A stretch of 64,000 nt of DNA from an uncultured Acetobacteraceae bacterium (lineage in GTDB: Bacteria; Pseudomonadota; Alphaproteobacteria; Acetobacterales; Acetobacteraceae), in assembly GCA_903877125.1 (NCBI GenBank), contig CAIRCM010000191.1, positions 11,087 to 75,086 on the forward strand, given 5' to 3'. Below, in pieces: positions 20,781-29,676 of this stretch. Every line of letters starts with the position of its first letter. Position 1 is the first letter of the stretch. The notes beneath the pieces are model-generated. The model was not told the origin of the DNA. It searched no databases and saw only the letters and a program-made list of their open reading frames with translations. The position numbers were made by a program, and so were the translations under genes.

Positions 20781-20945
20781 TCACCGAGGTCCAGCGCCGG
20801 TCCAGAATTCCGGCGGCAGCAGGATAACCGCCATAACGGCGATGCCGGCAAGAACCGCGAGACCGAACAGTAGCCAAACACCGATAATGAGCAGCCGGGC
20901 CCGGTCTTCGCTCTGAGATGCCCAGTTCTCGATAACCTTTAACAC
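20781..20945 (-). CDS. Small single-pass membrane protein (54 aa), absent from the ORF track
   Basis: Read by hand: GAGGGAG RBS, GTG start, VLKVIENWASQSEDRARLLIIGVWLLFGLAVLAGIAVMAVILLPPEFWTGAGPR, TGA stop. Confidence 0.6.
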   Translation of the reverse strand: MLKVIENWASQSEDRARLLIIGVWLLFGLAVLAGIAVMAVILLPPEFWTGAGPR

Positions 20946-21028
20946 GCCAGCTCCCTCTGCCCCTTACTCGGGGCCGGATCATACCGCAGTCGCCCCCTTT
21001 TGGGGAGTTACTTATGTGAAAGCCATGC

Positions 21029-21664
21029 CTAAGCCCGGCTCGCCGGCGCCTGCGCCCGAGCCTCCTCGACCGCGCGATAAAGATACCATGTGGCGGTGGA
21101 GCGGTAGGGCGACCATGGTTCGGCCAGCGTCGCGAGTTCGCGGGGTTTGGGCTGCACTTCCAGTTCGTACAGCACGCGATAGCCCTCTCGCACCCCGAAA
21201 TCGTCTACCGGCAGCACGTCCGGCCGGCCGAGGGTGAAAATCAGCAGCATCTCCACCGTCCAACGCCCGACACCGCGAATGCTCGTCAACCGCTCGATCA
21301 GTTCGGCATCGCTGAGCCGCGCCGAGGCGCGGCGCGTGGGCACCGTGCCATCCAGCGTCTTCGCGCAGATATCCCGCAACGCCGCGATCTTGGAACCGGA
21401 AAAGCCGCACCCGCGCAGCACCGTCTCCTCCACGGCCAGGACCGAATCGGGGCGGGGAAACGCCTCGTTCGGAAACAGCGCGGTGAATCGCCCCAAAATC
21501 GCTTCCGCCGCCCGTCCATGCAGTTGCTGATGGGCAATCGCCCGCATCAAAGCCTCATACGGACCGCGTTTGCGATCGATCGCCAGACGCGGAGAGCCGA
21601 TCCGCTGGATCAAACCGGCGAAGCGCGGGCATAGGCTCAAATGTTGGACGGCACCCCTCGACAT
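21029..21664 (-). CDS. DNA-3-methyladenine glycosylase II (AlkA family, HhH-GPD)
   Basis: AIAHQQLHGRAAEAI, HhH LTSIRGVGRWTVEMLLIF and DVLPVDD. Confidence 0.9.
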   Translation of the reverse strand: MSRGAVQHLSLCPRFAGLIQRIGSPRLAIDRKRGPYEALMRAIAHQQLHGRAAEAILGRFTALFPNEAFPRPDSVLAVEETVLRGCGFSGSKIAALRDICAKTLDGTVPTRRASARLSDAELIERLTSIRGVGRWTVEMLLIFTLGRPDVLPVDDFGVREGYRVLYELEVQPKPRELATLAEPWSPYRSTATWYLYRAVEEARAQAPASRA

Positions 21665-21780
21665 GCCTCACAATAGAGGTCCGTTCACCCATGCCGCAAT
21701 CCACATACCACTCTGTCATTGCGGTTTGGCCCCTGGATGGCGTTTACTCACCATGGCGCCGACGGAACGAAGGAAGCCCG

Positions 21781-21987
21781 ATGCCAGCACAACGACATTG
21801 GCTGACGGACGAACAGGATCAGGCCGATGCGGATCGGCGGACCGCGGGTCTGGCGGGGTTCGCCCTTGTCCTGCTGTTGTTGGTCGCCGGATTGTTCTTG
21901 ATCCATACCCTCGCGCGAAAGAGCAAGATCGAGGACTGCCTCATGGCAGGTCGCATCGATTGCGACCACTTGCTCGGGAAGCGCTGA
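21781..21987 (+). CDS. Small membrane protein with C-terminal Cys pair
   Basis: 68 aa; TM AGLAGFALVLLLLVAGLFLI and C-terminal EDCLMAGRIDC. Start trimmed to ATG 21781. Confidence 0.65.
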   Translation: MPAQRHWLTDEQDQADADRRTAGLAGFALVLLLLVAGLFLIHTLARKSKIEDCLMAGRIDCDHLLGKR

Positions 21988-22062
21988 AACCTGACAACGA
22001 TTGACGTGGGGCGCGCATAAGGCGACCGTTCGGGCTGCGATGAACGGTTGGGGGAACCGCGT

Positions 22063-22758
22063 ATGCGAATTGCCGATATGGACTGGCGGACGGTCGAGGA
22101 TTGGACCCGTCATGATGATCGCTGCGTCCTGCCATTGGGCAGCACGGAACAGCACGCCGGCCTGTCACTTGCGACCGACGCAATCAATGCCGAACGGGTC
22201 GCGGTTGAAGCCGCCGAACCCCTGGGCATCCCGGTGTTCCCTGTCGTGTCGTACGGCCTGGCACCCTATTTTTCGGATTTTCCCGGAACCGTGACCCTGC
22301 GGCTGGCCACCTATGCGGCACTCATGCGCGATATCCTGGACAGCCTTAAGCACGCTGGGTTCCGCCGCATCCTGATCGTCAACGGCCACGGCGGCAACCA
22401 GCCCGCCGCGCTCCTGGCGCAGGAATGGATGATGGACAATCCCGATGCCCGCGTGCGCTTCCACGACTGGTGGCGCGCGCCGCTGACCTGGGCCACGGTC
22501 CAGCGCATCGATCCCGTGGCGTCCCACGCCAGCTGGATGGAGAATTTTCCCTGGACACGGCTGCCCGGCGCCGAGACCGTCGACGACAAGAAACCAATGG
22601 TCGACATCGACCGCATGAAAACCATGGCGCCCTTCGAGGTGCGCATGCTGCTGGAAGACGGGAACTACGGCGGACGCTACCGCCGCGACGATGCCGACAT
22701 GATGGAAATCTGGAATGTAGCGGTCGCCGAAACACGCGCGATGCTGGAAAACTGGTGA
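22063..22758 (+). CDS. Creatininase/creatinine amidohydrolase family protein
   Basis: LPLGSTEQHA, SLATD, IVNGHGGN and HASWME metal-binding motifs. Confidence 0.88.
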   Translation: MRIADMDWRTVEDWTRHDDRCVLPLGSTEQHAGLSLATDAINAERVAVEAAEPLGIPVFPVVSYGLAPYFSDFPGTVTLRLATYAALMRDILDSLKHAGFRRILIVNGHGGNQPAALLAQEWMMDNPDARVRFHDWWRAPLTWATVQRIDPVASHASWMENFPWTRLPGAETVDDKKPMVDIDRMKTMAPFEVRMLLEDGNYGGRYRRDDADMMEIWNVAVAETRAMLENW

Positions 22759-22928
22759 CCTCATCGACGTCGGGTTCAGCCCACTCGGGATCGCCCTGCT
22801 CACGGTTTCGTGCATTACAGGTTTGCAATCCGCACGCGGCTTGTGTATGGCCCAACCACGCCCTGGCCGAATCATGAACGAGCCAATGGGGGGAGTGAGG
22901 CCGTAACGCCGAGAAGGTTTAAATACTC

Positions 22929-24674
22929 ATGAGTATGTCGATGTCCAACGCTGGTCCCGCCCGTCCCATGACGGGCGATGAGAAGAAGGTCATTTTCGCC
23001 TCTTCGCTCGGTACCGTCTTTGAGTGGTACGACTTCTACCTCTACGGTTCCTTGGCCGCCATCATCGGTGCCAAGTTCTTCAGCCAATTCCCCGAAGGCA
23101 CGCGGAATATCTTCGCGCTGCTCGCCTTCGCGGCGGGCTTCCTGGTGCGGCCCTTCGGCGCGCTGGTGTTCGGCCGCCTGGGCGACTTGATCGGACGCAA
23201 ATATACCTTCCTGGTGACCATCACGATCATGGGTCTGTCGACCTTCGTCGTGGGCGTGCTGCCGACCTCTGACCAGATCGGGGTCGCCGCGCCAATCATT
23301 CTGATTTCGCTGCGCCTGCTCCAGGGCTTGGCGCTCGGTGGCGAGTATGGCGGTGCCGCGACCTATGTCGCCGAGCACGCACCTGCGAACCGCCGCGGGT
23401 TTTATACGAGCTGGATCCAAACCACGGCGACGCTGGGCCTGTTCGTCTCTCTGGCCGTGATCATCAGCACGCAATCGATCATGGGGGCCGACAATTTCGC
23501 AGGTACCGCGAAAGCCACGTCATCCATCGCTGGCTGGCGTATTCCTTTCCTGGTTTCGATCATCCTGCTGGCGGTGTCTGTCTGGATCCGGACGAAATTG
23601 TCGGAGAGCCCGGCATTTCTGCGCATGAAGGCTGAAGGCACCCACTCCAAGGCCCCGTTGACCGAAGCGTTTGGCCAATGGCCAAACGCAAAGGTCGCGA
23701 TCATCGCTTTGCTCGGCCTCGTCGCCGGTCAGGCCGTGGTTTGGTACTCCGGGCAGTTCTTCGCGCTGTTCTTCCTCATCTCCGCGGTAAAGGTCGACGC
23801 CTTCACCGCCAATCTGCTCATCGCCTGGGGCCTGCTCTTCGGCACCGGCGGCTTCCTGATTTTCGGCTGGCTGTCCGATAAAACCGGCCGCAAGCCAATC
23901 ATCCTCGGCGGTTGCGCGATCGCCGCGATCTCTTATTTTTATGTGTTCCAGCTGATGGCCGAAGTCGCCAATCCGGCCCTTGCTCACGCGCAGGAGACGG
24001 TTCAGGCGAGCGTGATCGCCGATCCCGCCGAATGCTCATTCCAGTTCAACCCGGTCGGCACGGCGAAGTTCACAACCGGATGCGACAAGGCGAAGCAATC
24101 CTTGACCTCGAATTCGGTCGTCTACAGCCAGAAGGACGCCCCCGCCGGAACCCCGGCCAGTGTTCAGATTGGTGACAAGACCTTCGTTGTGACCTCGGCG
24201 ACGTTCGCGGCGGATGTGACGGCGGCGGTCATCGCGGCCGGGTACCCCGCCGCGACAGCCAACACTTCGATCGTGAAAGTGACCGGGGTGTTCGACGTGT
24301 TCCGCGCCCAGCCGTTCAAGGTGATCCTGATCATCACCTTCCTGATGGTCCTGGTCACGATGGTCTACGGCCCAATGGCGGCGGCGCTTGTCGAGTTGTT
24401 CCCGACCCGCATCCGCTACACCTCCATGTCGCTGCCGTACCATATCGGCAACGGCTGGTTTGGCGGCCTGCTGCCGGCAACGGTTCTGGCGATGAACGCG
24501 CAGCATGGCAGCATCACCTACGGACTCTGGTATCCGGTCGTCATCGCGGCCGGCACCGCGGTCATCGGCCTGCTGTTCGTGCCTGAAACCAAGGATCGCG
24601 ACATCTACGCTGGCGATTCGTCGATCCACAAAGGTGATCATGTGGTCGCGCTCGACCCGATGGCAGTGGACTGA
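22929..24674 (+). CDS. MFS transporter, metabolite:H+ symporter (MHS) family
   Basis: SLGTVFEWYDFYLYG, GRLGDLIGRK, RLLQGLALGGEYGGAA and ELFPTRIRY; extra periplasmic loop insertion. Confidence 0.92.
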   Translation: MSMSMSNAGPARPMTGDEKKVIFASSLGTVFEWYDFYLYGSLAAIIGAKFFSQFPEGTRNIFALLAFAAGFLVRPFGALVFGRLGDLIGRKYTFLVTITIMGLSTFVVGVLPTSDQIGVAAPIILISLRLLQGLALGGEYGGAATYVAEHAPANRRGFYTSWIQTTATLGLFVSLAVIISTQSIMGADNFAGTAKATSSIAGWRIPFLVSIILLAVSVWIRTKLSESPAFLRMKAEGTHSKAPLTEAFGQWPNAKVAIIALLGLVAGQAVVWYSGQFFALFFLISAVKVDAFTANLLIAWGLLFGTGGFLIFGWLSDKTGRKPIILGGCAIAAISYFYVFQLMAEVANPALAHAQETVQASVIADPAECSFQFNPVGTAKFTTGCDKAKQSLTSNSVVYSQKDAPAGTPASVQIGDKTFVVTSATFAADVTAAVIAAGYPAATANTSIVKVTGVFDVFRAQPFKVILIITFLMVLVTMVYGPMAAALVELFPTRIRYTSMSLPYHIGNGWFGGLLPATVLAMNAQHGSITYGLWYPVVIAAGTAVIGLLFVPETKDRDIYAGDSSIHKGDHVVALDPMAVD

Positions 24675-24692
24675 TATCGCCTGACGTCAAAT

Positions 24693-24726
24693 AAAAGCCG
24701 GGGTGCGCGAGCATCCCGGCTTTTTT
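24693..24726. terminator. Bidirectional intrinsic terminator
   Basis: AAAAGCCGGGGTGC-GCGA-GCATCCCGGCTTTTTT between the convergent MFS and MetE-like genes. Confidence 0.85.
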
Positions 24727-24737
24727 GTGTCCAGCCA

Positions 24738-25850
24738 TCAAACGTCGCCCCAAACCTCCATCGCCACCTCCACGCAACGACGCAGCTTCGCCCATTGCTC
24801 ATCTTCGGTCAGCGTGTTGCCCTCCTCGGTCGATGCGAAACCGCATTGCGGTGACAGCGCCAATTGCTCCAACGGCAGATATTTGGCCGCCTCATCGATC
24901 CGCCGCTTGAGATCGTCCTTCGATTCCAGAACGCCGCTCTTGGACGTCATGATCCCGAGCACCACGGTCTTTTTGCCCCGGGGCACGAAACGCAACGGCT
25001 CGAAACCGCCGGCACGGTCGGTGTCGTATTCCATGAAATACGCATCGGAATCGATCTGGTTGAACAACACCTCCGCCACCGGCTCGTAACCGCCCTGTGC
25101 CACCCAGGTGGAGCGGAAATTGCCCCGGCACAGATGCATCGAAATCGTCATCCCCGCCGGTTTGGCAGCGATCGCCCGATTCAGCATCGCCGCATAGGTC
25201 TCCAACAGTCCCTCAACATGCTCGCCCCGAGCCTTCAGGGCCGCGATCTGTTCGGGATCACACAGGTAGGCGATGTTGACCTCGTCGATTTGCAGATACC
25301 GGCAGCCGGCCGTCCCGAAAGCCCCCACTGCTTTGTTGTATGCCTCCCCCAGATCGCCGAAAAACCCGTCCAGCGTGGGATATGCCGTGCGGTCGATCGC
25401 CTGCCGCCCGCCGCGGAAATGCACGACCGAGGGGGAGGGAATCGTCTGCTTCGGTACCGCATGCCGCACATGCGAGGCGAGGTAGGCAAAATGGTCCAGC
25501 ATCACCGGCTTCGACCAGGCGATCTTGCCGTTGACCCGCAGCGCGTGAGTCAGCGGCACATTGCCCTTGAACTGGATCTTCTGCTCCGGCTCGTAAATCT
25601 CCACCCCGTCCAGCCCGGCAACGAAGTCGTAATGCCAATAGGCACGGCGGTACTCACCGTCGGTCGCCGCGCGCAGGCCGATTTCTTCCTGCTTGGCGAT
25701 CGCGGCGGTAATGCAACGATCCTCCACCTCCCGCAACGCGTCGCCCGGAAGCGTTCCAGCTTTCCACGCCGTTCGGGCGACCTGTAGTTCTTTCGGACGC
25801 AGCAGGCTGCCGACGTGATCGGCACGGAAGGGTGGGGTGGAGCCGGGCAT
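24738..25850 (-). CDS. Cobalamin-independent methionine synthase II family protein (MetE C-terminal domain only, YxjH-like)
   Basis: PPFRADHVGSLLRP, TDGEYRR and Zn ligands MHLCRGN, FMEYD, SPQCGF. Start trimmed to MPGSTPP. Confidence 0.88.
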   Translation of the reverse strand: MPGSTPPFRADHVGSLLRPKELQVARTAWKAGTLPGDALREVEDRCITAAIAKQEEIGLRAATDGEYRRAYWHYDFVAGLDGVEIYEPEQKIQFKGNVPLTHALRVNGKIAWSKPVMLDHFAYLASHVRHAVPKQTIPSPSVVHFRGGRQAIDRTAYPTLDGFFGDLGEAYNKAVGAFGTAGCRYLQIDEVNIAYLCDPEQIAALKARGEHVEGLLETYAAMLNRAIAAKPAGMTISMHLCRGNFRSTWVAQGGYEPVAEVLFNQIDSDAYFMEYDTDRAGGFEPLRFVPRGKKTVVLGIMTSKSGVLESKDDLKRRIDEAAKYLPLEQLALSPQCGFASTEEGNTLTEDEQWAKLRRCVEVAMEVWGDV

Positions 25851-25921
25851 GATCTGGTTTCCTCCAGCATTATCGCCGCCCAAGCTTACCCTATTTCGTC
25901 CGTATTCCGCATAGGCGCCAA

Positions 25922-27436
25922 CTATCCAGCCGCCAAAGCCGAGCATATCGGCAGGTGTTCGAAACCCGTCCTGTTCGGCGCCAGCACCCGGTGCAGCCAG
26001 CCGGCCACGCCACCGTTGACGTTCGATGCGTGATTGACCGACTTCGGGTCCACGACCTCGATCACCTGCATCATGCCTCTGTCCTCGTGCCGTAGGACAT
26101 GACAATGATACATGAAAGTGCCGACGATCTCCGGTCGGGTGAATGCCAGCCGTATCGTTATCTCGCCCCGAACCGGCACCACCGCCGTATCCAACAGACC
26201 GTTGAACGGCACCGGCTGTCCATTCAACGACATCACCTGAAAAGCCAGCTGGTGAATATGGAAAGTGTGCATATCGTCGGTGTCGTTACGGATCGTCCAG
26301 TCTTCGACATCGCCCAGATTGACGCGCGTGTCGGTCCTGCCGGCGTCGAACAAACGGCCATTGATGAAGTATTTTTCCGAGTCTTTCGATTGCGTATAGA
26401 CAAACCGCCGGTAGCCGTTGACTGACAGCCCGCTCAGATCCGTCATGTCCGGTAATTTGTATTGCACCGGTGTCGCCGGCGCGCCGGAAACGACGAAACG
26501 TCCGACGATGCGATCCTGTCGGAGCTCGGCGCCCTTGCCGGTCAAGACGTTGCGCATCGATAGTGTGTAGTCGCCGGGCGGTCCCGCCGTGACCAGCACC
26601 TCCAACCGTGCGGCCGGTGCGATATCCAGGACATCCGCCTGGTAGGCATGAGGGATAGCCGCCCCGTCGCGCCCGATCACCGTGAAGCGATGACCCCCAA
26701 GCGCCAGATGGACCGTCTCGTCAGCGTCGTGATTGGTCAGGTGCCAAACGACGGCTTCGCCTGGCCGAGCGGTTTCCACGACGGTCGTGCGGTTGTTCAC
26801 CGTTTGCACGACCCCATGCCATTGTTCGTTGACGACTGGATTGTCGCTGTCTTCGATCTCCACCGATCTGAACGCGAGCAAACGTTCGCGCACATGCTCA
26901 AGTCCTGGAATGCCGGCAGTGAAGCCCTCGATCATCAGCGCGCCGCTCAGCCCTCGTCCGACCTGTCTCTCGGCAAGCCCGTGCTCGTGCGCATGGTACC
27001 AGTAGGCGCCCGGCGGTTGGTGCGGTGGGATCTTGATCTCGTAGTCGAAATCGGCTCCGCCGGGGACCGAGATATGCACGTTGTCGCCATGGCCCAGAGG
27101 CGAACCCTGCATGCCGTGGAAATGCAGATTGGTCGGTTCGTTTAACCGGTTGGCCAACCGGATGCGCATCGTATCGCCCGGTCGGGCCCGCAAGACAGGA
27201 CCGGAAAATGACCCGTTGTAGCCATAGGTATCGACCGAAACCCCGTCGAAGACCGTCGTGCCCTGCCGGACTTCAAGCGTCGCTGCCAAAATCCCGTTTT
27301 GCGACACGATCTCGGGCATGTCGCTGATTGCGGCCGGCGGATCGGCGGCGAGCGCCACGACCATATGCCCCGGTTGCGCCAGCACGAGTCCCAGAAGGAC
27401 CGCGGCGATGGCGGCGAGCCACGAAAAGCGCCTCAT
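25922..27436 (-). CDS. Exported three-domain multicopper oxidase
   Basis: All four copper motifs: NLHFHG, YWYHAH, HTFHIH and [14 protein letters not shown]; signal peptide [11 protein letters not shown] overlaps the MCP stop. Confidence 0.92.
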   Translation of the reverse strand: MRRFSWLAAIAAVLLGLVLAQPGHMVVALAADPPAAISDMPEIVSQNGILAATLEVRQGTTVFDGVSVDTYGYNGSFSGPVLRARPGDTMRIRLANRLNEPTNLHFHGMQGSPLGHGDNVHISVPGGADFDYEIKIPPHQPPGAYWYHAHEHGLAERQVGRGLSGALMIEGFTAGIPGLEHVRERLLAFRSVEIEDSDNPVVNEQWHGVVQTVNNRTTVVETARPGEAVVWHLTNHDADETVHLALGGHRFTVIGRDGAAIPHAYQADVLDIAPAARLEVLVTAGPPGDYTLSMRNVLTGKGAELRQDRIVGRFVVSGAPATPVQYKLPDMTDLSGLSVNGYRRFVYTQSKDSEKYFINGRLFDAGRTDTRVNLGDVEDWTIRNDTDDMHTFHIHQLAFQVMSLNGQPVPFNGLLDTAVVPVRGEITIRLAFTRPEIVGTFMYHCHVLRHEDRGMMQVIEVVDPKSVNHASNVNGGVAGWLHRVLAPNRTGFEHLPICSALAAG

Positions 27437-29322
27437 GCCGCTGTCGCCAACTGGCTCGGCGCCAGTTGCTCCAGCCAACGGTCCCACGCAGCCTGCCCCT
27501 CACCCGAAAGATCGAGGTGCAGGCGGAGCAGATCGCCCTCGTTCGCGACCATGGTGAACGCCATCGGATTGATCCCCCGAATATGCAGAGTGCCTTTTTC
27601 GCCGCTTTGTAACGATGATGAATCCAGCCGGATCAGCGCTGCCCCCTGTCGAGACACGTTCCGTGTTTCCGCCCGTATACGCTGTCGATCCGTTATGATC
27701 TCGCAAGGCATGCGACAGTCGATGCGTGGCGATTCCCGCCGGTCGAACTGGGTGGTCGAACCACGAATGGTGCGCACCACCACTTGCTGCAACGCACGTA
27801 CCTGATCCCCCACCTGGATCGATGCGTCGTTGACCAGAGTAGCCACCGTGCCCGCGTCGCGCGCGATATCGTGGACCCCGCTGATTTCCCGGGCCACCAG
27901 ACGCGTCGCGCCCGTCAGATCGGACAGGCTGGCCGCGATCTCGCGCGTCGCCCGGTCCTGATGGGATACATGGTCGGAAACCACCCGAGCCACATCCTCG
28001 GCCTCGGTCAGGCGTAAGCCGACCCCGGCAATGGCCTGCTGTGTCAGACCAACCAAATCCTGCACCTCCGCCAGGATGGAGGCGATGTCGGTCGTCGAGC
28101 GTGCCGTTTGTGCGGCCAGGCTTTTCACCTCGCTGGCCACCACCGCGAAGCCTTTGCCAGCCTCTCCAGCCCGTGCGGCCTCGATCGTGGCGTTCAGTGC
28201 CAACAGATTGGTCTGCCGGGCGATCGACCCGATGATCCCCGCGGCCTCGGCAATGCGGTTGGCCGCCGCCGTCAACCGGCCGATGGCACTGGTGGCGTCG
28301 CTGCCCGCCGACACGGCACGACGGGTGATGTCGGTCGATTGCGTGACGCTGACCGCGATCACCCGCATCGAGTCAGCGATGCGTTCCGCGACCCCAACGG
28401 CGGTTTCGCTGTCGCCCAGCGCGCTGTCCGCCTGCGTGCGGACGATGTCCGACGTCTGGAGCAGACGTTCCACCTGATCGGCCAAAGTCTTCGCCTGGAT
28501 CGACATATCCGCCATCCGCGACGCAGCCGTCTCCACCGCCTGTCCGATTTCGTGTTCGACGCGATCGGCCATGATCCGCAACGCCTCCGTCATTTGGCGC
28601 TTGGCTTTGGCGTCGTTCGCACGCTCCTGTTCCCGCATCGCTGCGATTTCATCCAAATTGCCGGCGATGGCGTTCTGCATCGTGCCAAGCGCCCGCAGCA
28701 GGCGCGCCGGCTCGTCCCGCCCCCGCGCTCGGATCGGGTTATCGAGCCTGCCACCGGCAATCGCGTCGGCGATGGCGGCGGCCTGCCGGATCGGCGGTAT
28801 CACCGCGCGCCACAAGACCAGCCCAATGCATGCCACAACGCCAATCACCGCGACGTCGATGCCACGTAGCCAGTCCCGGCTGGTATCGACCATGTCCTCC
28901 GCCGCGTCCCGGGCGTCGAGGCCGTCGGCGTCGAAGCGCTTCACCGCGGCGGCCAGCGCCTCGTCGACCGCGGTTCGCTGTTCGGTCGTGGCGGCACTTC
29001 CGGCGGCGCGCAAGGCCTGAAGCCGCCCGGCCACGGTGTCCGCTGCCGCCCGGGCCCGGTCGCTCGCCGCTCGCTCGCGTGCGATGCCCAGATAGTCCCG
29101 AACCTTGTCGAGCAGCGCCGCATTCTTTTCGGGAGCGAATTCGTAACGGATAAAATCGGCCTGTGCCTTGGCGATATGGCTCACCCCCACCACTCCGCTG
29201 TCGTATATGCCGATCGCGGTAGCGCCCAGGTTTCGTTGTAGCTGCCAGGCGAAGACTCCGCCGCAGGCGGGCGCGAGGATCAACACAAGGCAGGCCACCA
29301 GCAATTTCGTCTTCAAGCTCAT
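27433..29322 (-). CDS. Methyl-accepting chemotaxis protein with HAMP and C-terminal PilZ domain
   Basis: Two TMs around a periplasmic helical domain, HAMP, MCP core [34 protein letters not shown], and PilZ motifs RRESPR and NVSRQGA. Confidence 0.92.
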   Translation of the reverse strand: MSLKTKLLVACLVLILAPACGGVFAWQLQRNLGATAIGIYDSGVVGVSHIAKAQADFIRYEFAPEKNAALLDKVRDYLGIARERAASDRARAAADTVAGRLQALRAAGSAATTEQRTAVDEALAAAVKRFDADGLDARDAAEDMVDTSRDWLRGIDVAVIGVVACIGLVLWRAVIPPIRQAAAIADAIAGGRLDNPIRARGRDEPARLLRALGTMQNAIAGNLDEIAAMREQERANDAKAKRQMTEALRIMADRVEHEIGQAVETAASRMADMSIQAKTLADQVERLLQTSDIVRTQADSALGDSETAVGVAERIADSMRVIAVSVTQSTDITRRAVSAGSDATSAIGRLTAAANRIAEAAGIIGSIARQTNLLALNATIEAARAGEAGKGFAVVASEVKSLAAQTARSTTDIASILAEVQDLVGLTQQAIAGVGLRLTEAEDVARVVSDHVSHQDRATREIAASLSDLTGATRLVAREISGVHDIARDAGTVATLVNDASIQVGDQVRALQQVVVRTIRGSTTQFDRRESPRIDCRMPCEIITDRQRIRAETRNVSRQGAALIRLDSSSLQSGEKGTLHIRGINPMAFTMVANEGDLLRLHLDLSGEGQAAWDRWLEQLAPSQLATAA

Positions 29323-29331
29323 GGCAGTGGC

Positions 29332-29652
29332 CTACTTCACGACGACGGTCATTTTCATTTTCGGATGGATACTGCAGCGGATGGTGAATTTTCCCGCTTT
29401 GTCGAACAGCTGATCGATCGTATCCCCCGGCTTCTGGAGGCCTTTGTCGATCGCGTTCTCGTCCGCGTCGATCACGTTGATATTGTGGGTGACGTCGTCG
29501 TGGTTGACGAAATGCACCGTGTCGCCGGCGCCGACCGCCAACGCTGTTTGGCTGAATTTTTGCCCGACCTGATCGACTTCGCTCGCGGCGGCGAAACAGA
29601 CTCCGCCAGCCAAAAGCAAAGTGGCCGGCGTCACGATCCAGATATTTCGCAT
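29332..29652 (-). CDS. Periplasmic cupredoxin (amicyanin/plastocyanin-like, type-1 copper)
   Basis: Signal peptide, HNI and RCSIHPKM (Cys, His, Met ligands); AAGGAG RBS. Confidence 0.88.
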   Translation of the reverse strand: MRNIWIVTPATLLLAGGVCFAAASEVDQVGQKFSQTALAVGAGDTVHFVNHDDVTHNINVIDADENAIDKGLQKPGDTIDQLFDKAGKFTIRCSIHPKMKMTVVVK

Positions 29653-29676
29653 TGGGTTGTACTCCTTGTTTTGTTA

